A stretch of DNA of 64,000 bases from NCBI RefSeq assembly GCF_009834535.1, contig NC_045698.1, forward strand, positions 10,976,001 to 11,040,000, given 5' to 3'. The position numbers were made by a program, and so were the translations under genes. Shown piece by piece: positions 51,441 through 63,210 of this stretch (the first letter of the stretch is position 1; each line of letters begins with the position of its first letter). The notes under the pieces are model-generated. The model was not told the origin of the DNA and did no database searches. It worked only from the letters and a program-made list of their open reading frames with translations. The DNA is from Camelus ferus. Its lineage: Eukaryota.

Positions 51441-52469
51441 AATGTTGACTTGTGGAATTATCTAGCTTCAGGCTCCAGAGCAGAAGTTAGGATTGGCATA
51501 GAAGTCGGGATTTTCAGCATACAATCTCTTTAGGCCCCTACAGGTGAGCATATCCTGACAAGGGGCTGCACAGGAAAGGTGATTTAAATGACATATCTAA
51601 AAGAAGATGTAATTTAGCCCAGATGTTGGGATAAAATAATCAGACAGCCAGAAGATTCACTCAAATAAGAAAAGGGACCAGAGTCAGCTACAAAGGCCCA
51701 AATAAAGTGCTTTTAAAGCATAGTGCCTAGCATTTGGGGAGTGTCCTAGGATTACTAAAGGAAGATTTCCCCGGCGGTTTGGAACTTGTTTGGTGGCTGA
51801 ACCCTGAGTAAGGAATGCAGAAGGCTTCCCATGTTGTAAGGATGCCTTTTTTTACATAAAGTTCTAGCAGATCAGAGGATACCTCTGAGTGTATTGAGAA
51901 GGGAGAATGAAATTTATCAGAAATTTTAATATTAAGTTGTACCTAAAATGCTTGTCTTTCATCTTAGGCCATTTTCACGCACAATATGCACCGAACAGCC
52001 AAAACAATTAGCCTAGGGTGGTTAGAAAAGGAATATATCATGATTATGAGGTTACAGACACATACACATATGGGAAAATAACACTTTTTGAAGTAGTATA
52101 AAGAACATTGAACCTCGGGTTCTGGTATGTGGTCTTTAGCTGCGCTCTATGAATAAATAGTTCTGTGGCCCTGAAAGAATCTCTTAAATGCTCTGAGCCT
52201 TGCAACATAATCTGAGAGACTAGCTTTCTTTAAAGTCACTCCCAACTTTTTGAGTTATAAGAGTTGGTAAGATATATAAAATACCAGAAAGGGGGTAGAT
52301 CTGTGAATCTGATTACAGAGAGTATAATCTTTAAGTATCTTGGGGTTTAAGGGCTCAGGACTTACTATTGTCTTGGAAAAGGGAACACAAAAGAATGTAA
52401 GTAATCTGAACTTTGAGAAGTAAAATTCTTTCCTCGCTTTACTAACCTTCAGTGCACATGTCGAGAACC

Positions 52470-54200
52470 TACTGCAATGGTCCTGGCAAGAGATGATGTT
52501 TATTTAGACAAGAGTAATGGGGATGTGAGAGGTGAGTAAATTTTGAGTATGGAGCTAATGTAAATTATTAAAATTATGTGGGAAGTTTGGGAAAGAGAAG
52601 AATCAAGGATGCTTCCTAGATGTAAGACTGAAACAACTGGGTAGAAGGTGGGGCTATTTATTAACACGGGCAAAGATTAGGGCACAGAAAAATTTGAGTT
52701 GGAGTGAAAACAGTGGCTCTTTTTTGGAGGGGGCAAGTTAAGGTTGAGATACCTATTGTAAGTTCAAGTAGAGAGACTGATTAAACAATTGAATGTACAA
52801 GTTTGGGGATTTTCTTAGAGAATAATGTGCTTCAAGGAGGGAGGGGCCAACAGTGTCTAATGTTACAGGGATTTAAGTATGATGAGGATCAGAAATTTAA
52901 TGCAATTCCCATTTGATAATTGTGGTCATAAATTTGAAATAATCCAGTAAATTTGATTTTGTCATTTTTCTCTCAATCATATTTACCTATTCAGATACAG
53001 ACGCCAAGTAAGAGGATAGTGGTTCTAAATAAGTTTGGGTTCTGCTACATGAGAATATTAAAGAGAGAGGTAGAAAGGAGTTTTTGCAAGAGTGTGGTTA
53101 TAATTTTAGAACATGCTGAGTAAGGAGAGAGATAAAACCATTTGAGTCCTGATGGGTAATAAAAAATGAAATTTCTATCTATCAAAGTGCTTGATAATGT
53201 TAAATTTTTTGTGGTATATGAAGGTATAAGTCAGTGGTGTCCTTGATCAGATCTGGTTTAGTGAAAGGTTTGGAAAGAAAGCCTCACTGGAGTGAAAAGT
53301 AAGTGGAGGAGAGAATGGAATCTGAAAAAATGAAGACAGGAAGCTTAGACAAGAATTGTAAAGATCTTTTTATAACTGGATACAGAACAATGGGACACCA
53401 AGAAAAGGGAGATGTGAGTCAAAGGAGTGTTTTACAATGTTTACATGTTGATGGAAATGGTACAAGGGAAAAAGTAAAATTGATGAGGAAGATGAGAGAG
53501 GATATGATCTTAGAGGTGCATCATATGAAAGGAAATTAAGTCCACTGCACCAGCTGATCAGACAAAAGCACAGACAATTTAAACATCTGTACAAGTTGGA
53601 AGCTAGCAAATGTAGGTAGAGAGACAGACATGATGGTAAATGTGGATTTGCAAAGATGATGATTTCTTTTGCTTCCATTTTATCAGTGAAATAAGAAGTG
53701 AAATAACAATCAGATGAGAGTAGGGGAAATGGCAGAGATTCAAGGAAAAAAGAAGGTATGAAATTAGCTCAGAATGTGTGAAAGAAAATTGACTAAGGAA
53801 ATATATCAGGATTGTCTGACAGTTCCCATTTGACATTTGTGGTCATAAATTTGATTTTGTTATATTGCATCAATATTTACCTACCCAGATATAAGTGCCA
53901 AGGGAAGAGTAGGGGTAAATACGTTTGGGTTCTGAGTTTGTTAATTGGAAGAGAGGAAGGAAGGACTCTTTACAACACTGTGATTGCAGTTGTAGAATAT
54001 GCAGTAAGGAGAGGAGCAAAACCATAAAGTTTCTGATGGGTAATGAAAAAGGGATAGGGCTATGGACTGAAGCACTAGACAGTGTACAATATTTTGATGA
54101 TAGGAATGCCAGAATGAGTGAAGAGTAGGAGGAAATAAGACAGGGGCATATTTACAACAGAGCTTTCAGAAACTGAGCAGTCTTAGAAATAACAAGCTAT
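52470..54200 (-). mobile_element. LINE-2, long antisense remnant
   Basis: ctactgcaatggtcctggcaagagatgatg; gagaagaatcaaggatgcttcctag; aagttaaggttgagatacctatt. Confidence 0.75.
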
Positions 54201-54229
54201 AGGAGAGTTGTTTCCAAAAGTTCTGACCG

Positions 54230-54683
54230 TAGTATTACAGGTTGAATTTGTCCCCTCAAAAGATAGGTTGAAATAAATCCTAACTTCAGGCACCTTACAA
54301 TGTGATATTATTTAGAAACAGGGTCATTGCAGATGTTTTTAATTAAGATGTGGGGTCATATTGGAGTACGGTATGCCCTTAACCCAAAATGACTGATGTC
54401 TTTGTAATAAGAGGAGACAAAGACACACAAGGCGAAAATGCCATGTGATGATGGAGGCACGTTCTGAAGTGTTGCAGCTGCAAGCCGAGGATTGCCAGCA
54501 AATCAGCAGAAGTTAGGAAGAAGCAAGACAGGTTTTTCCCTGCAAGTTTCAGAGGGACCAAAGGGCTGCCAATTATCTTGATTTCCAAATTTCAGACTCC
54601 AGAACTTGAGACAATAAATTTCTGTTTTTTTAAGCCATTTGGTTTGTGGTACTTTGTTACAACAGCCCTAGGAAACCAACACA
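54230..54683 (+). mobile_element. MaLR solo LTR (MLT1B-like)
   Basis: ggttgaatttgtcccctcaaaagata...aatgtgatattatttagaaacagggtc...gtggtactttgttacaacagccctaggaaaccaacaca. Confidence 0.88.
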
Positions 54684-55439
54684 TACACTTCCAAATGTTT
54701 AACATGAATCTCCTCTAAAAATATTTATGTGTTTATAAAGTACATATATTTATAATCATATTCATATGCATATAATTTATAACACATAAACAAAACTAAA
54801 AACATCTGCTTTTATTATACTCCTGATGAAATTAATGTGATTTTCTGAAAATTTTATCTCAACACTTGTGATAGAATAGTAATTCAAAGGACCTATTCTA
54901 ATTTGACTTCATGATGTTACTTAGTTTTGAAGATTACTATATTTTAAATCATCCTTCATAAAAGTAAGAGACAAAATTTATGACCAAAAATCTCATGTTG
55001 CCATTGTCAGAAAATCCTGCTATACTTTGCAATTATTTGCTGCTATTTCTCAGTCCATTTCCAATTTTGTCATTTGTTGTTACAGTTTAGCTAGTAGTCA
55101 ACTTTCAAGATGGCCATCACTTATTGTCAATGTAATAAAAATGTGTTACATCTTCAAGTGGTTTTAAGACTTCCTAAAATTCTTGGGATGCTTTTTAAGT
55201 AGTTAAGAAGTTTTGTTTCCATTTTTAATGTGCAAATATGAGCCTTTATCAGTGACACCTTTACATCATTTTTTGGCAACAGAAGCACAACACAAAGGAC
55301 ATTTTTCCAAATATCTACTTTCAAAATTACTTCTTTACCAGTCAAAGTAGCTGCTTATGGAGGTCAGATAAACAACAGAGTTTGTGTTTATGTCAGTCTC
55401 AGAGATTTCCCCAGGACTCCTTAATCCCCACTGAATTAG

Positions 55440-56925
55440 AGAGGCTAGTTTGAGACATCCATTCCTGCTGTTATTTTTGGTCTACAGAAAATAAAAGCCA
55501 CACAGCTTTTCAAGGATACCAAGGCTTCCCACAGATATATTTCTCACAGTCTCATTAAAGAGAATATCCTCAGGGGACATATTTAGGGGACTGGTGAACA
55601 GATCTTACACTATAAATCCACTCTAGTACTCCATATCTTCAATATAAAGGTTACACTTAACAAATGGTCCAGTGGGTCCCTGAGTCCATTCTATGGTTAT
55701 TTCCCCAGTTCTAGAATGCCAAATTAGAATAGGCACAGTCAACAACTGACAGAAGCTCCATTTGGGTTTCTTGATCTCTGGAGGGATGACTGGTCTGGTA
55801 GGAAAGGCCAAGGGGAAGCATCTGGAACTGCCTCTACTTAATTAATTAATACATCAAAAGAAGTAATACATTTTTGGAAGCACTGCAGAGATTTGTGCCA
55901 CCATCAAGGACTTGAAAGATTCAAGGTGGTGATTATTACCATAGTCCATTTTGACTTAATCTATTTGAGCTGTTCAGAAGTTAGCTGAATCTTGGAAGAC
56001 GACAGTGGATTATCATAAACTAAAGCAGGATTTGACTTTAACTGCAGCTTTGTTCCTCTTCCAATTTTGCTCTAGATCGTGATTTCTCAGACTTGGCACT
56101 GTTGACACTTTGGACCAGATGACTCTGTGTTGGGAGAGCGTGGTCTACATATCATAGAATGTTTAGCAGCAGCCCTAGCTTTTACCCACTAGATGCCATT
56201 ATCACCCCCAACTTCAGTTGTGACAACCAAAAATGTTTTCAGATATGGCCAACATCTTCTGGGTGTCAAATCTCCCCTCAGCCACTCCATCAATAACTAT
56301 TGTTCTGGAGCAAATGAAACATCCCCTGGCACCTGCTATGCAGTTATTGATCTGGCAATTGTTCTTTTTTCTCTAAACCTCTTAGTAAAACCATCAGAAG
56401 CAATTTTCTTTCACCTGACACAGACAGCAATACACTTACTGGATTCCCCAAGCTCCAATTACATCAACGCTCTAGCTCTATGTCAGAATCGAATCCACAG
56501 AAAGCTAAATCAACTCTGTTCCACGAGACTTCATGATGACCCATTACATGGATGATACCATGCTGGTTGGACCTAGAGATTAGGAAGTGAAAACTGCCCT
56601 TGGTAAAATACATGTTTGCCTGAGGGTGGGAAAAAGTTCCATAAAAAAGCATGGCTCTGCCACCTTAGTGGAATTTCCAGGAATCTAGAGGAATATCAAT
56701 GTAACTATTCCAGGGTGAATGACAATTTGTTGCAACTGTCCCTTTTGATACTAAGAGGGAGGCAAGGGGCCTAGGATCCTTGAGGTAACTAACATATGCT
56801 TAATTTGGGTGCATGTTCTGACCCATTTACTGAGGAAATCAAAAAGCTACAAAGTTTGAGTGGGACCAAAATAAGAAAATACCCTATAATATGTCCAGGT
56901 CACCTGAAAGCTTTTCTGTCATTTT
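55440..56925 (+). mobile_element. ERV-L (HERVL-like) pro/RT fragment
   Basis: gcagagatttgtgccaccatcaaggacttgaaagat (AEICATIKDLKD); tcttggaagacgacagtggattatcataaact (SWKTTVDYHKL); ccattacatggatgatacc (HYMDDT, the YxDD motif). Confidence 0.88.
56075..56287 (+). mobile_element. MER20 inserted in ERV-L RT
   Basis: tttctcagacttggcactgttgacactttggaccagat...gaatgtttagcagca...tacccactagatgcca...cagttgtgacaaccaaaaatg. Confidence 0.88.
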
Positions 56926-56927
56926 AT

Positions 56928-57357
56928 CTGTGGCACATAGGGATGTTATATGGAGCACCCTTAAAAAGATGTTCCAGAAGAAAGGCTGTCAGTGTCATTG
57001 ATAGCAAGGTATGCAGAAATGTGAGAGAACTGTCTCCCAACACTGTCAGGTAAAATGAAGGTCATGTCTCCCTCTAGGGTTAAGTTCAGGCAAGATTGCT
57101 TGCAGCATGATAAAATACTTGGGTTCCCTAAACTCGGGGTTCCTCACCTGTGACACAAATTCAATACATGAGCAACATTCACTTAAGCTGCTTCATGATG
57201 TCCCAGTAGGACCTGGGGCCAAAAAAAATTGATGCAAACATGAAGTTCATGAAGACCCAGGAACCTCAAGTCTTCTGCCAACGCTCATGAAACCACTGCA
57301 GGCCAATTTCTTAGCTTGCAAGTACAGAACAATCTCAGACTCTTCATATTCCTGTAA
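56928..57357 (+). mobile_element. ERVL LTR of the MER74/MER73/MER54 group
   Basis: 3' end gacccaggaacctcaagtcttctgccaacgctcatgaaac...tagcttgcaagta...aatctcagactcttcatattcctgtaa. Confidence 0.7.
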
Positions 57358-59020
57358 GTTTTTGGAGATGAGGATGGGATGCTGACAGAGACATGGCTTT
57401 CTGGAAGAGAACCTAGTAGGCTTGATTAGAGAATCTGAGACGACGTCCTGTGATCCAGTAGCAAACATTCTCAACTAAGCCACAGGAGGGGGGCAGAATA
57501 AGGGTCCTCCATTTGACTACCTGTTGATGAATGTTTAGAGGGTGAACACTAGAATTAAAATGAGTCTTTTGAATGGTGCCTGGGTTTTACTTGCTCTCAT
57601 TTGGGGAGAGAAAGAATGGGCACTTATCATGGCAACTGGGCGACAAGTCCTGAGACTCCAGGCCAAAGGCAATGTGACTATGGCTGCTGAGTCAAGGAGT
57701 CTCCAGGGTAGAAATACTGGTGTTAGTAACAAGACTGAAGAGCTCTGGGTGGATTGAAAACACTAGAAGTTAATTTGGTTGAGCCGTAGCGGCCTCCAGG
57801 TTGGACAAATGGGAAAGTAAATCTGCCTTCCTTACTGGCATGGAGCTCTCTCCATTTCTGTGTCCCATTCCTGCCTCTCCATTCGTGCAATGTCAAATGC
57901 TTTAAGAGAAAGATGATTAGAAGTGAGGCTAAGGACTCTTGATTTCCAAACTGTACTAAAGGCCACATGCAACCCTCTGAGTTTACAGGAAAACTCTGGG
58001 AAGGGAAAGGATGCTGTGGATGAGGCCTCTTGGGCTAATCCAATGTACTATTGCAGTTGCTTCTACATCTGAATGTGTCAGCAATTGCTATGTTGATGCA
58101 TCCCATAAGTACCGCAAGAGGTCCTCTCAATCAAAAGAGTCACAAGTAGAGGGGTACTAGTGGCACAAAATCCCCTGACTCTTGCCACCAGTGAAGAGTC
58201 AGGATTTACAGTGAATGCCTCTTAACCTCTGAGGTTGGTCGGCAAGTCAGAGTCTCAGTTGAAATTACCCTGACTCCGCTAGTTATCACACCTCAACTAT
58301 CGGTGGTGGTTGATAAACCTCAAAAAAATCCAGGGCCTTGCTTGCCAGGTTGTTTCTTGGAATTTGAAGGCAAAAGATTCACAATGCTCAGTCTCTATGG
58401 CAGGTAAGGAAATACTGCTCTCTCTTCAATCTCCACAGCAGCAAAAAGAGTCCTAGCACCATATTGGATTCTTTAGGTATTGGATAATATTGTCTCACTT
58501 GGGCATTCTGCTTAGTCTTTTGTATCTTTCAATCCCCAAATCAGCATGCTTTGAGTGGCAGCCAAACCAACAGACTGCAGAGGAAGTCATCTAGCAAGTT
58601 GTGGCATGCTTTCTACCTTTGGGTCCCCACAACCCTAATGATACATTTAAACCACAGGTCTTTGTGACTAATAGTACCATCTAGTAAAGGGAAGCAGCCT
58701 CCATTTAGAGGTATTTCTCAGGATTTGAACTCCTTGCCTCCCTGACTTGGCTTCCATTTTGCAAAGTAGTCATCAGCTTACCAATGGTCTCTGGTCAAAG
58801 CCAAATGGAGATCTTGTAACCTCTCTCCCCCAAGCCTGATATTCCCGTTTAAGTTTGGGTTAACTTGGACTTAATGACTAATCAGGTGAGAAGGGCCCAA
58901 TAAGTCTCAATTCTCAAATGGAAATGTCATGTTCAAGAACATAGTTGGCCTGACCCAGGAACATGCCTGCTTTACATGAAACAGTGGCAGGAGAACTTAG
59001 GTACAACTTCGGAACCCTCA
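57358..59020 (+). mobile_element. Internal region of a second ERVL family (HERVL74-like), internally deleted
   Basis: Starts gtttttggagatgaggatgggatg directly after the LTR; pol connection remnants (ttgagtggcagcc; caaatggaaatg...gttcaaga, KWK-like). Confidence 0.6.
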
Positions 59021-59239
59021 CTGTTATTGAGAGACAGTAAACAAACATGCCCTCTGCTCTGGATGGACACATTATCTCTATATTTCAAGGTTGTTTACTA
59101 TGTAAACATCCTTTAAAATATAGTCTAGAACAAAGGCCATCAATGCCTCTTCTCACAAGAGATACAGAAATGTTAAAGATCTGTAGAGAAGTGTCTCCCA
59201 ACAGCAGTCTAGCACTGACTGAATGTAGATGGTTGTAGC

Positions 59240-60022
59240 ATTTTACTTGAGGGACACCGATGATGAAAAATCCTCCTGGTGAGCATAACTCTGATCACTA
59301 TGTGTGGTTGTTCAGTTTGCCTGGAAGGAGAGGCCAGAGATTCAGATCTACATTGATTTATGGGTAGTGGTTAATAGTTTGGTTAGATGGTCAGGGACTT
59401 AGAAGGAAGATGATTAGGAAAAGGGTGGTAGGGAGGAGGTATGGGGAAGAGATATTTAGATAGACTTTTCTGAATAGGCACAGATTTTGAAGATACTTGT
59501 GTCCCATAAGTGCTCAACAAAGAGCAGAGTAATATCATAATAATGGGGTGAGCAAAATGACTTCTTCTGTAAACATCAATCAACCTCTTTGCCAGGCCTC
59601 CTCTGTCTTTGCCCAGGATATGCAGTCTGTCCAACGCAGCAGGATCAAAGGTATGCATGGGATCAAAAAGATGTATTTCCAAAGCTGATCTTACTCTGGC
59701 CATTGCTGAGTGCACCACGTGTCAACAGTAAAAATGACACTAAGCCACTGGTGGCACCACTTCCCTAGGGCATCAGTCAGACACCTGGCAATGGCAGGAC
59801 TGATTCCATCATGCAAAGGACGGGGCTTAGCTCTCACTGAAATAGACATCTATTCTGAATAGGGATTTTTGCCTTCTCTATTTGTAATGCTTTTGCCAAA
59901 CTACCATCTGTGGGCTCACAGAAGCCTTATTCATTATTATAATTTCTACAGTGTTGACTATGATCAAGGAACTCATTTTACAACTGATGAAAAGTAGCAA
60001 TGAGCTCAGGGACATGGAATTT
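59240..60022 (+). mobile_element. ERV-L (HERVL-like) RNase H-integrase fragment
   Basis: gaaaaatcctcctggtgagcataact (KSSQWAEL-like); gctgagtgcaccacgtgtcaacag (AECTTCQQ, zinc finger); gatcaaggaactcatttta (DQGTHF). Confidence 0.85.
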
Positions 60023-60212
60023 CTACGATGATGAGTACAGTTTCAGGTATCTATTGGTTATTCACACATATTCTTTAGTAATCTTTTGTCCATTTTTAAT
60101 AGGGTTGATCATGTTTTAGTTATTGATTTATAGGACTTCTTGTGTGCAAACTGGACCTTTATAAAACATATGTGTTGTAAGTGTGTTTCCTAGTCTTAAA
60201 AAACATTTTTAT

Positions 60213-60537
60213 GGATGGTTTAAGACGATCTGGCTGTGATATCTGTCATCCCATTTGATAGCAGGGTTAATTTGGCTGATCTGGCTGGCTAAGTGGGGGA
60301 CCCCTTCCTCTCTCACCGCTCCACATGCATCCTTCCTGAAGCCGCATGCTCGGTAAAAGAGGACAACTTTCTCCGATAGAGGAAGACCACTGTTCAGTCA
60401 ATAGTATAGGAGTAGATGCTCCCCTGAAGCTTCACACAAGTTCTCAAGTTTCATTTGTAGAAGAACATCAGGTAGTCAAGCTTCCAAGACTCCAGACACA
60501 TCCAGATGAGGCGCTGTGTGTGGCAGTCCACCTTTCT
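60213..60537 (+). pseudogene. RN7SK: Full-length 7SK snRNA retrocopy
   Basis: Colinear with 7SK from GGATG...cgatctggctgtgatatctgtcatcccatt through ggtagtcaagcttccaagactccagacacatccagatgaggcgctg...tggcagtc..ctttct; ~325 nt with many CpG transitions; no PSE/TATA recognisable upstream. Confidence 0.95.
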
Positions 60538-60789
60538 GTAAATTTTTTTTATATAAAAGAATTTTTTGCTCGCTGCCACAGAGGCTAGATTGAAAATTCA
60601 GATAAAGTGCTCTCTGATACAATGTACCTACTCAGACACTGACATAAATGTTATTTAGATAATAATAATCAAACTAACCTTTGAAACACTGGTACCTTTA
60701 AATCCTGAAACATACTCTATGGAATTTGCATTTGTGCTATGTGAAGTAAAGTTATGGTTAGCCAGAAAACTTCCCACAGAACTTATCCA

Positions 60790-61105
60790 CCGACAAAGCA
60801 AAAAGACAACCTACTGAATAGGAGAAAATATCTTCAAATAATATGAATGACAGGGGTTAATATCCAAAATATATAAACAGCTCAGACAACTCGACATCAA
60901 CAAAACAAACCTGAATAAAAACTGGGCAGAAGACTTGAAGAAACATTTTTCCAAAGAAGACATTCAGATGGCCAAAAGGCACATGAAAAGATGCTCAACA
61001 TCATTATCAGAGAAATGCAAATTAAACTCCAATAAGACTTCACCTCACACCTGTCGGAGCGGCTATCATCAGAAAGAATACAAATAAAAGTTAGCGAGGA
61101 TGTAT
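60790..61105 (+). mobile_element. L1 ORF2 C-terminal fragment
   Basis: aaaagacaacctactgaataggagaaaata...catttttccaaagaagacattcagatggcc...aggcacatgaaaagatgctcaacatca. Confidence 0.88.
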
Positions 61106-61714
61106 CATAATAATCATACCATTTCTAAGGAATTACTATACCAGCATTGGAAACAGTAATCAGTGTTCCAAAAATACTTTAGATAGAGCACTTATTAGAA
61201 TGTAAAGTTGGGTTTATATGTGTATTTCACATGGGGTGGTTAGATCAATAAGGCCTGGCGAATTGGACCATCAGGTGAACTGTGAATCAGCAAAGAGGTT
61301 CGAAGGGAGAGTGTGAGTGTGAGGAGAGAATCCAGAAACTTTTCCTGGTTGGAGAAAGACCGCTTCACTTTCTGGGCTCCATCTCAGCTTTTCCCAACCT
61401 CCAAAAGGCTAAAAAGTCTTAATTGCACTGTTGGGGGTGTTGAATCAGAGTTACCAATTATTGTTATCAATTATTTGAGGTTTAAAAAAAGAACACATTT
61501 AAAGGTTTATTTTCTCACTTGTCTTTAAACAATTTGCATTGGTAACTCAGAATCAGTTGGCAGAATCGTGCGTAACATTTTTCTTCCATTATTTGTTTAG
61601 AAAACAAAATATCAGAGGTAGTTTAGAGTGAATGTCTCCATGTCTTGTTTACTGATACACAGTTTTACTAAGCTTTTGGGACTGGTCATTGAATTGGAAA
61701 ATGAGTCAGAAAAT

Positions 61715-62200
61715 TTGTGATAAATAGCAAAAAATGGCCTTTTGTTTTCTAGCTCCTCCTCCTGGGAAAAGGTGGGGTCTCTTTCCCTTGCCCTTAAGTC
61801 TGGGTTATACTGATGACTGGCTTCAGCCCATAAAAGGCAGCACAAGGGCCAAGCCAAGGCCTCCTCAAGGGCTCCTCTCCTGGAGCCTGAAACCACTATT
61901 CAAGGAAGCTGGGGCCATCCTGCTGGTTGGGAGACTCAACACAGCCCATCACTCCTGTAGCTAAGAACCACCAATGCCAAGTTCCAGACAGCTCAGTGAA
62001 GCCAGCCAAGACCAACCAGCCACCAGCTAATGAGCCAACAGACTACATGCACGTGTGGGGGCTCAGTCAAGGTCAGCCAAGCCAGCCCAGAACAGAAGAC
62101 TCACTCGGTTGACCCACGGAATTGTGGACTAAATAGATGTTGTTGTTGTAAGCTGCTAGGTTGTGAGTTAGTTTATTTTGCCAGGAAAGCTAACTGGCAC
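61715..62200 (+). mobile_element. MaLR solo LTR (MLT1-type)
   Basis: aaaaatggcc...agctcctcc...ggtggggtctctttcccttgccctt...aaatagatgttgttgttgtaagctgctagg...aaagctaactggcaca. Confidence 0.75.
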
Positions 62201-62404
62201 AGCGCTCTCTGAAAAAGAAAAAAAAAAAAATCTAGTGAATTGTAGAAGCCAGAAACCATATGCAGGCTGCAGACCCACAAATATTGCAAACATTGACCAA
62301 ACACAAGAGACTGATAACATGGTTCTACACTCTAGGACTTTGTTAAAAGTATTTCTTAAGGTGGCTCACTTGCTCTAGGAAAGGTTATGAAAGGCTCACT
62401 CACT

Positions 62405-62418
62405 CTTTCATTCTTTCC

Positions 62419-62495
<77 letters not shown>

Positions 62496-62640
62496 TTTCT
62501 TCCTTTCTTCCTTTCTTCCTTTCTTCCTTTCTTCCTTTCTTCCTTTTTTCCTTCCTTCCTTCCTTCCTTCCTTCCTTCCTTCCTTCCTTCCTTCCTTCCT
62601 TCCTTCTTTCATTCCTTCATTCCTTCTCTCTCTCTCTTTC
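62405..62640. repeat. Compound polypyrimidine microsatellite (TTTC)n/(TTTCTTCC)n/(TTCC)n
   Basis: About 235 bp, almost pure C/T, directly visible. Confidence 0.97.
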
Positions 62641-63039
62641 GTGTGGTTTTCAGGAAAGACCAAACAGTGAAATGATGCATTATAAAACTAAGGAAGATAA
62701 AACAACATGTCTTCCCAGGCAGTGAACAAGGTATACACCCTAATACTAGAGAAGCAATAAAATTTGCCTTGTTAATCCAATCACAGTGATGTTTAACTGC
62801 TGTTGAACTTAATACTTAAAAATATATTGTAAATAGCCAGTCCTCCAAGGCAAGCAAAGATTGAATCAGGAAAGCATTAAAGGTGGTAATTTTACTTATT
62901 TTTTTTATTACCTTTGTATTTCCAGGAAGAGTAATACTATATTTTTTAATTTGGAATTTTTTTCTTTACATTTTGAGAAGTTGGAAACAACTTCACCAAA
63001 GGAAATGAAAAATATCTGGAGTGTAACGTCTGTGCTGGT

Positions 63040-63210
63040 TTGAGCACTGTTTGGCCCACTTGTTATGTGACCTTCAACTAGTCTCTTCGTGCCCTCACCT
63101 ATAAATTGAGCATCAGGATATCTATTCCACAGGATTAAGTGAGGATAAATAAAACCGTGTACATTAAAGGGATCAGCACATTGTAAATATTTAATGAGTA
63201 TTTACTACAA
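63040..63210 (+). mobile_element. MIR SINE
   Basis: ccacttgttatgtgaccttcaactagtc...cctcacctataaattgag...aggattaagtgaggataaa. Confidence 0.6.

Noticed and set aside
60213..60537. The functional 7SK gene
   Set aside because: It carries many substitutions and indels with CpG decay, and the upstream sequence is L1-like rather than a PSE/TATA promoter.
62387..62725. Phe/Leu/Ser-rich and Arg/Lys/Glu-rich ORFs
   Set aside because: They are translations of the (TTTC)/(TTCC) microsatellite.
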